From positions 1 to 38,590 of IMG/VR virus record IMGVR_UViG_3300037755_000468: 38,590 nucleotides of DNA. One strand, written 5' to 3'. Both the position numbers and the translations under genes were made by a program. Each line of letters starts with the position of its first letter. Position 1 is the first letter of the stretch. The notes beneath the pieces are model-generated. The model made no database searches, was not told the DNA's origin, and saw only the letters and a list, made by a program, of their open reading frames with translations. Positions 1 to 8,606 of this stretch are shown here, piece after piece. The stretch comes from a virus. Taxonomy: Duplodnaviria; Caudoviricetes.

Positions 1-485
1 GCGACCGTGCGGCCGGTGCATAACCGGTCAACACCGGCCGGTGTCGACCTGCTGCGCTGGACACGGGGAGGAACCCCGACCACCTCTCTCCCGGTCGCCG
101 ACACGACCGGGGACACCCCCGGGCCCAGTACCTCCAAGGCTGGCCCCCCGGGTGTGGCGCCGGACCGCCTCACTTCCGCCGTGCCGGCGGTCGGCGCCGA
201 GAATCCACCAGCACGACCCGGGACCGATCGCCGCCGGTCCCGGGCCTCGTGCTGGCCCGCACGCAGCGAGTACCGGCGTCCCCCTCCGACAAGGGGGGTT
301 CCCGGGGTGCGCGAACCGGGAGCTGCGGAGGGACCTGGAACCGGGTCCCCCTCGACTGCGTGCAGGCCAGCACGGGGAGGAACCGTGCACCTACCCCACC
401 CCGCTGCCCCCCCTCGGGTCACCCCACCCCACCCCGGTGGCCTAGAGGGGGGTGCAGCGTCCACCCGCGTCAGGAGACACCCCCC

Positions 486-1247
486 GTGACCCTCTTCCCC
501 GAGCCCGAGCCTGACGCCCCCGGCTCGCTGGTCTACCGGTCCGAGCTGGCCGAGCTGTGGCTCGGTGACGCCGCGGACGTCCTCCCCCGCTACGAGACGG
601 AGTCGCTCGGCCTGCTGCTGACGGACCCGCCCTACGGTGTCGAGTGGCAGTCCAACCGCCGCGCCGAGGCGTTCGACCAGCTCGACGGCGACGGCGCCGA
701 CCCCGAGGCCCGCCGCACCATCGCAGAGGTGCTCACGCACGGGGTGCGCCTCGTCGCCCAGAACCGGCACCTCTACGTGTTCGGACCCGCCGACGTCCTC
801 GACGGCCTCAAAGTGTCGAAGGCGTGCGAGCTGATCTGGGATAAGGCCACGATGTCGGGCGGCGACTTGACCGCCCCGTTCGGGGCCGCCCACGAGCGCA
901 TCACCTTCGCCGTGTCGAAGCACAACCATGCCGGGCAGGCCGGGAACCCCGCTGTCCCCGTGCGTCTCCGCAAGGGGTCGGTCCTCACCTTCCCCCGCCC
1001 GACGGGCCGCAACGTCCGGCACCCGTCGGAGAAACCGGTGCCCCTGCTGCGTGAGCTGATCGAATCGTCGAGCCGGCAGGGCGAGACCATCCTGGACCCC
1101 TTCGCCGGGTCGGGCTCCACCGGCGTCGCAGCGCTGCTGTCCGGCCGGCGGGCCGTGCTCGTCGAGAGGGACCCCCAGTGGGCGACCCTCGCCGCCGAGC
1201 GCCTCGCCCGCACCGAGCAGCACGTCGCCGCCGGCCGCTCGCTCTGA
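486..1247 (+). CDS. DNA amino-methyltransferase (N6A/N4C), beta class
   Basis: Motif IV TDPPYG precedes HPSEKP and motif I LDPFAGSGST (beta order). Start moved to GTG 486, which follows an AGGAG RBS at 472-476. Confidence 0.92.
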   Translation: MTLFPEPEPDAPGSLVYRSELAELWLGDAADVLPRYETESLGLLLTDPPYGVEWQSNRRAEAFDQLDGDGADPEARRTIAEVLTHGVRLVAQNRHLYVFGPADVLDGLKVSKACELIWDKATMSGGDLTAPFGAAHERITFAVSKHNHAGQAGNPAVPVRLRKGSVLTFPRPTGRNVRHPSEKPVPLLRELIESSSRQGETILDPFAGSGSTGVAALLSGRRAVLVERDPQWATLAAERLARTEQHVAAGRSL

Positions 1248-1287
1248 CCCCCCCCTCCGCCCGTCCGCCGGGCGGCGACGCAACCAT

Positions 1288-1335
1288 CGGCCCCGGCCAC
1301 TCCGCCCACCTTCCCCCGGGCGAGGGCCGGGGCTG
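1288..1335 (+). terminator. GC-rich stem-loop, possible terminator
   Basis: CGGCCCCGGCC (1288-1298) pairs with GGCCGGGGCTG (1325-1335), with an inner CGCCC/GGGCG stem. It lies after the MTase stop; there is no U-tract. Confidence 0.4.
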
Positions 1336-1531
1336 CGTCGCGCCCGGCCCCGAAATTTCCGAAATCTCCGAAGATGCAAACTCCCGCGATCTGGGAGGAA
1401 ACCGGGACCGGAGCCCGAAACCGATTTCCTGCCAGATCCCCAGAGTTCCGATCTCCCCGTTCCCTGGAAAACCCGGGCCCACCCGCCCGAAACGCAGGGC
1501 TGTGACCAGCGCACTAGTACCCTCCCGCGCC

Positions 1532-2272
1532 ATGGCCGCCGCGAAACGAGACGGGTGGGGTGGTACCCGGCCAGGTGCCGGCCCACCGCCCACGAATCTC
1601 CGCCGAGTGATCGAAGAGGTACCCGAGCAGGTCACCCCCTACGGGGTCGTGCCCGCCCGGCAGCTCACCGTCCTCGACGCTGTCGTCGACACGCTCGAGG
1701 GCATGGGGTTCCTCCACGACGCCGCCGCCCGTGTCGGGGTCGCAGTCGAGACCGTGAGGGAATGGCGCAAGCTGGGCGTGCGAGTCAACGCCGACCTGGC
1801 CGCCGGCAAGCGAACCGCCGGGGTTCTCAAAGCGCATGAACGCAACTGCGCTGAGCTCGCCCGGCGCATGGCCGGCGCCGACGCCGTGTCCCGCATGCGG
1901 CTGCTCGGCCTCGCGTCGTCGATCGCCCAGGGCGGAGTCGAGACCACCGAGACCGTCACCAAAGCGGTGCAGGTCGGCGAGCACGACCCGAAGGTCGTCG
2001 AGATCACCACCCGCACCGCCACCGCGCTCCCCCACCCCGGCATGGTCCAGTGGCTCCTAACCCACCGCTGGCCCGCCGATTTCAACCGGACCCGCCTCGA
2101 GGTGTCCGGGCCCGACGGCGGAGCGATCCCCGTCGACGTCACCTCCGCCCGAGAGAAGCTGTCCCGGGCGCTCGCCGACCTCGAGCAACGCCAGAACGAG
2201 TCGGCGCACCACGCCACGGCCACCGAGGCCGCGGCAGCGAACGGGGGGAACGGCCACACCCCCGAACCGTGA
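1532..2272 (+). CDS. Probable terminase small subunit (HTH protein)
   Basis: HTH-like AAARVGVAVETVREWRKLG, QWLLTHRWPADF, and C-terminal RLEVSGPDGGAIPVDV typical of TerS-like proteins. ATG 1532 lies 8 nt after a TACCCT -10-like box. Confidence 0.65.
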   Translation: MAAAKRDGWGGTRPGAGPPPTNLRRVIEEVPEQVTPYGVVPARQLTVLDAVVDTLEGMGFLHDAAARVGVAVETVREWRKLGVRVNADLAAGKRTAGVLKAHERNCAELARRMAGADAVSRMRLLGLASSIAQGGVETTETVTKAVQVGEHDPKVVEITTRTATALPHPGMVQWLLTHRWPADFNRTRLEVSGPDGGAIPVDVTSAREKLSRALADLEQRQNESAHHATATEAAAANGGNGHTPEP

Positions 2273-2284
2273 GCGCGCTAACGT
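2272..2284 (+). promoter_or_regulatory. AGCGCGCT box fused to -10 (TAACGT), leaderless promoter
   Basis: AGCGCGCTAACGT; the TAACGT hexamer ends 6 nt before GTG 2291. Confidence 0.7.
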
Positions 2285-2290
2285 GGCGGG

Positions 2291-2824
2291 GTGCGCTCAC
2301 CCCACGTCTGTGCGCTAGCCGGGATCTCATACCGGGACCTTGATCACCTCACCCGAAGCGCCGCTACCGCCCCACTGATCCGCCGTTACGTCACCGCCAA
2401 CCCCGGCGGAGGGAACCGCCGGCACTGGCCTCCCGCCCTGGTCACCCGGGTGATGGTCGCCGCCCGGGCCCGTGAGGCCGGCGCCGGTGGCCTCGCGACC
2501 ATGGCCGCTCTCACCCTCGACGGCCCGCCCCCACCCGACGCCGGGTGGCTCGTCATCCCCGCCGGTGTCCGCCCCAGCCGACCGGGCCGGATCTCCCGCC
2601 CCGTCGGCCGGACCGTCGACTACGTCACCACCGACGCCGCGCTCGTGGCCACCGTCGCCCGGACCGACCGGCACCTAGCCGCCGTCGACTACGACCTCGC
2701 CACCATGGCCACCGCTTCGGGTGTCCCGCCCGGCGTCACGCTCGCCGACGTCCTCGAGGGCCGGTTCGTCCCGTCCGCCTGGCCGACGTCGACCACCTAC
2801 GTCCCTACCCGAGCCACGGCCTGA
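2291..2824 (+). CDS. MerR-type HTH DNA-binding protein
   Basis: N-terminal SPHVCALAGISYRDLDHLTR ... GGGNRRHW resembles the MerR winged HTH. Confidence 0.65.
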   Translation: MRSPHVCALAGISYRDLDHLTRSAATAPLIRRYVTANPGGGNRRHWPPALVTRVMVAARAREAGAGGLATMAALTLDGPPPPDAGWLVIPAGVRPSRPGRISRPVGRTVDYVTTDAALVATVARTDRHLAAVDYDLATMATASGVPPGVTLADVLEGRFVPSAWPTSTTYVPTRATA

Positions 2825-2844
2825 CCCCGCCCCACGGAGGCCCC

Positions 2845-3141
2845 ATGTCCGCCCCCTACAGCTCCACCCGCCAGCTACCTGGCCCGTTCCCCTACTACGC
2901 CGATCCCCGCCGGCCCGACTACGTCCCCCCGCAACAGACCCGCGTGTTCCTGCACGTGCTCACCACACCCCACCCGACCGTTCCCACGATCATGGCCGCC
3001 GCCGGGGTCAACCGGTCCACCGCGTGGGAGCACCTCCGCTCGCTCCGTACCCGCGGGCTCGTCGAGTGGACCGACGGCCAGCACGGCACCATCCGCCCCC
3101 TGCTCGGCCTCGCCGCCCGAGCGAAGGCCCCGGCCCGGTGA
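2845..3141 (+). CDS. Winged-helix (LexA-N-like) DNA-binding protein
   Basis: PTVPTIMAAAGVNRSTAWEHLRSLRTRGLVEW..G..GTIRP; GGAGG RBS at 2836-2840. Confidence 0.7.
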   Translation: MSAPYSSTRQLPGPFPYYADPRRPDYVPPQQTRVFLHVLTTPHPTVPTIMAAAGVNRSTAWEHLRSLRTRGLVEWTDGQHGTIRPLLGLAARAKAPAR

Positions 3142-3428
3142 AGCTGGGCGACGTACCGGCGGGCTGCCGCGTCGTCCGCTGCCAGGCGTGCGGCGACTAC
3201 CTCGCGATACCCGACGAGGGCACATCGCTCGAGGTGGCAGCCCGCGCCGCGCAAGCGCAGCTAGACCACCGCCAGCTGTGCCCGGGCCCGCCCGAGCCGA
3301 CCCCACGCCAGCGCCTCGCCGCTCTGGTGGCCGACCCCACGTGGTGCCCCGAGACGCAGCAGCACCACTGCGGCCATTGGAAAGCCGGCGCGACCTGCTG
3401 CAACTGCGAAGAGGACCACCCCACATGA
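3138..3428 (+). CDS. Cys/His-rich hypothetical protein (Zn-binding)
   Basis: GTGA overlap with the previous stop; CQAC, WCP..HHCGH..CCNC. Confidence 0.65.
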   Translation: MKLGDVPAGCRVVRCQACGDYLAIPDEGTSLEVAARAAQAQLDHRQLCPGPPEPTPRQRLAALVADPTWCPETQQHHCGHWKAGATCCNCEEDHPT

Positions 3429-4009
3429 GCGATCACACCCCCACCCACGGGTTCCACATCGACGTCGCCACCGAGGCGCTGCTCGACCACTGGGAGGGCC
3501 GCGGCCTCGTGCTTCCCGCCCACCGAGAGGTGCACCGCCCCAACGCCCGCCGCATGACCCTCGCCGTCCTCGAGGCTGCCGGCGCCCTCCGCCAGCACGA
3601 GCCCGACCGGATCATGGCCGAGCAGCGTGCAGCCACTGACGAGGGCACCGCCCTACCAACCCGCGAGCAGGTGGCCGAGGCCATCCGCTCCCGGATAAGG
3701 GTCTGGTTCGCCCTGCACCCCGAGCGACTAGTCGAGGCATGCGACGACGCAGCGGGCGTGGTCCTGTGCCTGATGGCCGGGGCCACCGACCAGCCGAGCG
3801 AGGACGAATGGCGCTGCAAGCGGTGTGGCTCTGACCGTTGGGTGGCGGCATCGTTGACCGGGCCGGTCGGCCGAGGGTTCCACGGCAAGGCGATCCGCCA
3901 GTGTGTGCCTTGCGGGCGCTACTCGGATGATCCGGTCGTCCCGCCGACGGAGGTGGCCGAGCAGGGCTACACCGTGTTCGACGCCGAGGCCGACGGGGAC
4001 ATGGGATGA
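3425..4009 (+). CDS. Hypothetical protein with C-terminal Zn ribbon
   Basis: ATGA overlap, GAGGA RBS, CKRC...CVPC. Confidence 0.7.
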   Translation: MSDHTPTHGFHIDVATEALLDHWEGRGLVLPAHREVHRPNARRMTLAVLEAAGALRQHEPDRIMAEQRAATDEGTALPTREQVAEAIRSRIRVWFALHPERLVEACDDAAGVVLCLMAGATDQPSEDEWRCKRCGSDRWVAASLTGPVGRGFHGKAIRQCVPCGRYSDDPVVPPTEVAEQGYTVFDAEADGDMG

Positions 4010-4276
4010 GCGACTGGGATGACTGGGAGGACCACAACGCGGCAGTCGCCGCCGAGATCGAAGAGGACCGCTGCCGCGACGAACGCGACGAGCTGGCGAT
4101 CGCCCAGCACCTCGACGACATGGACCGTGAAGCGTCCCGACCCCGGCACCGACGAGCGCCGCGCCGAGATCGCCGAGGTGGTCTACCGGCTGTGCCGTCT
4201 CTTCGGTGCCGGGGTCGGGACGTCCCACCTCGTGGCCGGGGAGTTCGTCCGCGGCCTGGACCGCGAGGCCGGCTAG
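4006..4276 (+). CDS. Small acidic ORF(s) with an apparent frame discontinuity near 4127
   Basis: MSDWDDWEDH... from ATG 4006 has coding-like codons to about 4126. Coding-like sequence then continues in another frame (GTG 4127, VKRPDPGTDERRAEIAEVVYRL.., TAG 4276). Confidence 0.45.
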
Positions 4277-5115
4277 TGCTCGCCCCCTACTACGACGACG
4301 GGCGGGCCCGGATCTACCACGGGGACCTGCTCGAGATCCTCCATGACCTCGACGGCATCGGCGCCGTGGTCACCGACCCGCCCTACTCATCGGGCGGGGC
4401 GTTCCGGGCCGACCGGACGCAGCAGACCACCGAGAAATACGTTCAGACGTCGACGATGGGCTACCGCCACGAGTTCGCCGGAGACAACCGGGACCAGCGA
4501 TCCTTCGCCGTCTGGTGCACCATGTGGCTCGCCGCCGCCCTCCGGGCCTCGACACCCGGCGCGCCGCTCGTGTCGTTCATCGACTGGCGCCAGCTCCCCA
4601 CCCTCTCCGACGCAGTCCAGGCCGCCGGGTGGATCTGGCGGGGCGTGTCGACCTGGTGGAAACCGGGGATCCGCATGCAAGAGGGGGCGTTCTCGCTGTC
4701 CGCCGAGTACCTGCTCACCGGGTCGAACGGCCCGAGATCGAAGGGCCGGCGCTCACCCCAGAACGTCTACAGCCACGCCCCGATCCCCGGCGCCCAGAAA
4801 GGGCACGTCGCCGAGAAACCGGCCGACGTCCTGCTATGGGCCCTCGGGGTCGTGCCCGCCGGCGCGGTGGTCCTGGACCCGTTCCTCGGGTCCGGGTCGA
4901 CGCTCGTGGCAGCTCGAGCCGACGGCCTGCCATGTATCGGGATCGACGTCGACGAGCGGTGCTGCGAGCTCGCCGCTACCCGCCTCGCTCAGGGGTCGCT
5001 GCTCGACGTCGAGGCTGGCCGGGCGACGGAGGTGGTCGCTTCGCCGCTGTTCGACATGCCCGACCCGGACCCGGACCGCGCGAATGGTTCGCCTGACGCG
5101 GCTACTCCCGCGTAG
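4276..5115 (+). CDS. DNA amino-methyltransferase, beta class (second copy)
   Basis: PYYDDGRARIYHGD N-terminus, TDPPYSSG, HVAEKP, LDPFLGSGST. GTG 4276 overlaps the upstream TAG. Confidence 0.92.
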   Translation: MLAPYYDDGRARIYHGDLLEILHDLDGIGAVVTDPPYSSGGAFRADRTQQTTEKYVQTSTMGYRHEFAGDNRDQRSFAVWCTMWLAAALRASTPGAPLVSFIDWRQLPTLSDAVQAAGWIWRGVSTWWKPGIRMQEGAFSLSAEYLLTGSNGPRSKGRRSPQNVYSHAPIPGAQKGHVAEKPADVLLWALGVVPAGAVVLDPFLGSGSTLVAARADGLPCIGIDVDERCCELAATRLAQGSLLDVEAGRATEVVASPLFDMPDPDPDRANGSPDAATPA

Positions 5116-5206
5116 AAGTGACCCCACCGCACCGGCCCGAGACCCGACTAGCCCCGATCACCCCCCGATCCGGTCACCCCGCGTGACATCCGGCCCCCAC
5201 GGCCGG

Positions 5207-5220
5207 TAGCGCGCTAACGT
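5207..5220 (+). promoter_or_regulatory. AGCGCGCT box fused to -10 (TAACGT)
   Basis: TAGCGCGCTAACGT, followed by a short leader with GGAG RBS (5241-5244) and ATG 5249. Confidence 0.7.
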
Positions 5221-5248
5221 CGCTGGCACACCCAACGAACGGAGCACC

Positions 5249-7348
5249 ATGCCCGACACCCGACCCACGTACCCGCCGTGCGAATGGCCGGCGGACGGTC
5301 ACGTCCCGCCGAGCGGCTACCGCGCCGAGAAGCACGACTGGGGCGAGCGCTGCGGCCGGCCCGGCAGCGGCGTCCGCGTGACCCCGCCCATGGCGATCGT
5401 GCTGTGGTCCGCTCAGGTCTGCCAGGAGCACGCCGACACGGCCCGCCGGTCCCGGCTGCAGCTGTGGGGCCCCGACGGCCAGCCGATCGACGGCGCGGAG
5501 CCGACGCCCCCGAAGGACCCGCCCACGACCATGGTCGGCGCTGTCGCCGGTCTGCGAGATGCGTTCGCCGACCTGGTGGCCGACATGGCCGATGCCCTCC
5601 GCTCGGCGCCGCCTAAGCACCGCCGAGCGAACCGCCCGATCAACGTCGCCAGCCTCCGCCAGGTCATCGACGAGCTACGGGCCTACGCCGACGCCGCGCC
5701 GCCGGCCGAGCCCCTCGCTCCCGAGACCGCCCTGTGGACGGCCCGCCTGCTCGACATGCCCGTCGGTCACCTCCTGGCCTACGCCGAGCAGGCCGGCGCC
5801 GAACGGGCCCGGGATCTGGGCGAGATCGCGTCCGAGTGCGACGACGGGACGTGCCCCGTCGCGCAGGCTGTCCACGAGGCCCTGCTCGACGCCGGGCCGT
5901 GGGACCGGATCGACGGCGACGGGTCGGTGGCCTCGGTGCTCGCCGATCACGTCACCGAGCTGGGCAGCTGGCACACCATGGGTGCGCTGCTGGTGGCGAA
6001 CCTCGACGTCCTCGCCGCGACCCGGTCCGACGCCACGATCGGGGACACGATCTGCCAGGGGACCACGTTCAACTACCGGGCCGAGCTCGGCGAGCTGTTC
6101 GACCGGATCGCCGACCGTGGGAGCCGGGCCGATGAGACCGTCGATCGGCTGGTGGTGTTCTGCCACGGCGCCGATGGCCAGCTGCGCCGGGTCGGCGATG
6201 TCGACCCGGTGGCGCTGCGTCCCGACGGCGAGCCCCTGACCATCATCAACCCCCGGGCCGCCCACCTCGTCGAGACCGGTAAGCCGACGCCCGGCCAGCC
6301 CGCGCACCTGACGCCGGTCACCTCCGATCGTGGGTTCCGGCGCTTCCCTCCGGTGGAGGCGTGGCACGGCGGCCGGCACGTCGGCGAGGTGACGGTGGCG
6401 GAGTCCTCGGCCGCCGACGGCCCGCACGTCTGGCTCGGGGTGAAGGACTTCGCCACGCCTGGCATGCCCCCGGGTGCGCCCACGTCCATGGCTATGGATC
6501 TGTCGGCGCACCTCCCGCTCGTGCAGGCCGAGTACCTCCGCGACCAGCTGTCATGGCTGATAGACCACCACTACCAGGCCCCCGGGGCGCCACTGGTAAA
6601 CGACGTCATCGTCGATCGCGAGGGCACCCGGAATCTGCCGCACCCGTACGAGTCGCTCGGCGAGAACGTGTCGGACGGGTTCTGCCGGCGCTGTGGCCGG
6701 GACTCGCGCCACGAGCTGCACGCCGAGACCGAAGGATGGCCATGGCCGTACCCGGCGCCGATAGCGCACGCTGTGGCCCCGCCCAGGTTTGAGCCGGCGC
6801 CCGAGGTGATCCCTCCGGCCGACGTCCGGCAGGACATCACCGAGGCCGGCGCGGTCACGTTCGACCGCGAACCGCCGCCCGCCATTGAATCTCAGGTGCT
6901 AGCGAATCCCGAGATGGTGGAGCAGATCCGGGATGGACTGGCCAGTGAACAGAGGGTCAGTCGACCGGCTGTGGACATCGGGCCCATTGCTGACGCGGTC
7001 GACCACCACACCCCCGGCCGGCTGGTGGTCGGGGTGGACCCGGCCACCGACGACGGTGGCGTGGTGGTGTTCACCCCCGAGATGATCGACGGCGCGATCG
7101 ACCCCGGCCTCCCGGACGTCACCATGTCGATCATCCCCGCCGACGGGGGCCCGGCCGAGATCCTGCCGGCGCCGACCGTCGAGACGTTCGACGCCGAGCC
7201 CGACCCGCAGTGGTGTGCCGGCTCCGGCTCGGCCGTCGGGCCGACCGACGCCAATCGGGCAAGCGTGATGTGCCACGTGTGCACCGTGCTGGTCGACGTC
7301 GACGACGCCGGGTTCCTCGAGCAGCATCCGGCGAGCGACCCGATCTAG
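5249..7348 (+). CDS. Large mosaic hypothetical protein (699 aa) with several Zn-ribbon-like modules
   Basis: Long ORF with RBS; modules C..H..C..C..H, RGF..ESSAADGPHVWL, HPY..CRRCG..H, WCAGSG..CHVC..H, joined by Pro/acidic linkers. Confidence 0.8.
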   Translation: MPDTRPTYPPCEWPADGHVPPSGYRAEKHDWGERCGRPGSGVRVTPPMAIVLWSAQVCQEHADTARRSRLQLWGPDGQPIDGAEPTPPKDPPTTMVGAVAGLRDAFADLVADMADALRSAPPKHRRANRPINVASLRQVIDELRAYADAAPPAEPLAPETALWTARLLDMPVGHLLAYAEQAGAERARDLGEIASECDDGTCPVAQAVHEALLDAGPWDRIDGDGSVASVLADHVTELGSWHTMGALLVANLDVLAATRSDATIGDTICQGTTFNYRAELGELFDRIADRGSRADETVDRLVVFCHGADGQLRRVGDVDPVALRPDGEPLTIINPRAAHLVETGKPTPGQPAHLTPVTSDRGFRRFPPVEAWHGGRHVGEVTVAESSAADGPHVWLGVKDFATPGMPPGAPTSMAMDLSAHLPLVQAEYLRDQLSWLIDHHYQAPGAPLVNDVIVDREGTRNLPHPYESLGENVSDGFCRRCGRDSRHELHAETEGWPWPYPAPIAHAVAPPRFEPAPEVIPPADVRQDITEAGAVTFDREPPPAIESQVLANPEMVEQIRDGLASEQRVSRPAVDIGPIADAVDHHTPGRLVVGVDPATDDGGVVVFTPEMIDGAIDPGLPDVTMSIIPADGGPAEILPAPTVETFDAEPDPQWCAGSGSAVGPTDANRASVMCHVCTVLVDVDDAGFLEQHPASDPI

Positions 7349-7442
7349 GATCGACGGCGGCGAGACGTACGCGACGCCTCCGGGCGTCCACCCCTACCCA
7401 CATAGCGGCGCGGGTCTCGGCCCCGTGCCCACCGTGCAAAGT

Positions 7443-7476
7443 CCTCGGCCCCGGCCATCACGGTCCGGGGCCGAGG
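7443..7476. terminator. 12-bp perfect inverted repeat, possible terminator
   Basis: CCTCGGCCCCGG / CCGGGGCCGAGG with a 10-nt loop, in the intergenic region. Confidence 0.55.
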
Positions 7477-7503
7477 CGCGCTCCGGGCGGTAGCGTCCCC
7501 GCG

Positions 7504-8565
7504 GTGGGCTGCTGTGACGGAACGCCTCTGACCTCCCCCGACTATCAGACGCTGTCGGAGACCGTCGGCCGGGTCGACGCCCTCGAGTACGGCACCGACC
7601 TGGTCCACCACTGGGGAACCGACGGGTGGGGCCCGTTCGCCCCGGTCCTCATCAACGCCGATGACGCCCAGGTGTTCGCCACCACGGTCGTGACCGGGTC
7701 GGGGGTGATCACCGGGACGCAGGCCGGCGACGGCAACATGCGCGTCGCCTACGTCCGTGAGTGCACCGAGTGGACCGATAGCGAGATGACGTCGCTAATC
7801 GTCGGGCCGGCCGGCTGGAACACGATTAACGCCCAGCAGGGCCACCTACACCGGGTGCGCGAGGTGTCGCCCGGGCTGTGGGAAGGCATCGCCGTGTGGA
7901 CCGCGGTCGTCGGTGGCGATTACAGCCTGATCAACACCCGGGGCGTGCGGTTCGACGGGGCGACGCTGTTCCAGTCCGACGGGGACCTAGCGACCTCGGC
8001 CGACAGCTCGAGCCTTGATCGGGGCCTACGTGTCGAGGCCCGCCAGCGGTTCAACTTCGTGTCATGGTTCAACGAGTACCGGGTCTCGCCGCTGCACCTC
8101 TGGGGCCTGGCCGTCGGCGACATCGTGACCATCACCAGCGTGAGCGGGACGGGGTTCAACGAGACCGGCGTGGCGGTAGCGAACGCCGACCGGGTGGGTG
8201 GTGTCGTCCAGGTCGGCGACCCCTCCGACACGACCACCGTGGCCTACGCCATCACCCCCGGCGGTCTGATCGTCCCGTCGGGGATCCACGCACAGAAACG
8301 GTGGGCCCCGTTCTGGCTGTCGACCCGGGTCGTCGGTGGGACGGCCTCGGCGGCGACGGTGGAATGGCTGCGCTGGCGCTACGGCGAGCCCCGCCCGGAC
8401 TGGTCCGATGCCCGGGTGCAGCGCCGGGCGATCGCCTCTAACGCCAACGTGCCGGCGCTCGCGACCGGGCCCGGGCTGTGCGGTCTGTGGGGCGCGCACT
8501 TCACCGGCGGGAGCTCGGGAGCGTACGGGCAGGCCCGGTTCCGTGAGGTGTGCCGGCCCACGTAA
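7504..8565 (+). CDS. Beta-rich hypothetical protein, possibly a virion/minor tail protein
   Basis: GTG 7504 (MGCCDG...) lies 7 nt after a TAGCGT -10-like box; G/T/V/W-rich, GLAVGDIVTITSVSGTGFN. Confidence 0.6.
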   Translation: MGCCDGTPLTSPDYQTLSETVGRVDALEYGTDLVHHWGTDGWGPFAPVLINADDAQVFATTVVTGSGVITGTQAGDGNMRVAYVRECTEWTDSEMTSLIVGPAGWNTINAQQGHLHRVREVSPGLWEGIAVWTAVVGGDYSLINTRGVRFDGATLFQSDGDLATSADSSSLDRGLRVEARQRFNFVSWFNEYRVSPLHLWGLAVGDIVTITSVSGTGFNETGVAVANADRVGGVVQVGDPSDTTTVAYAITPGGLIVPSGIHAQKRWAPFWLSTRVVGGTASAATVEWLRWRYGEPRPDWSDARVQRRAIASNANVPALATGPGLCGLWGAHFTGGSSGAYGQARFREVCRPT

Positions 8566-8600
8566 GCGCGCTGGCGCGGGTGGTGTTAGCGCGCTACAAT
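8565..8600 (+). promoter_or_regulatory. Paired AGCGCGCT boxes with -10 TACAAT, leaderless promoter
   Basis: AGCGCGCT at 8565 and 8588 (23 bp apart); TACAAT 8595-8600 lies 6 nt before ATG 8607. Confidence 0.8.
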
Positions 8601-8606
8601 CAAGGC

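Noticed and set aside
249-485. Upstream extensions of ORF-track starts (249, 1178, 7210, 12790, 16264, 25468, 29285, etc.)
   Set aside because: The extensions are low-complexity or overlap other genes. Downstream starts have an RBS, a -10 box or stop/start coupling.
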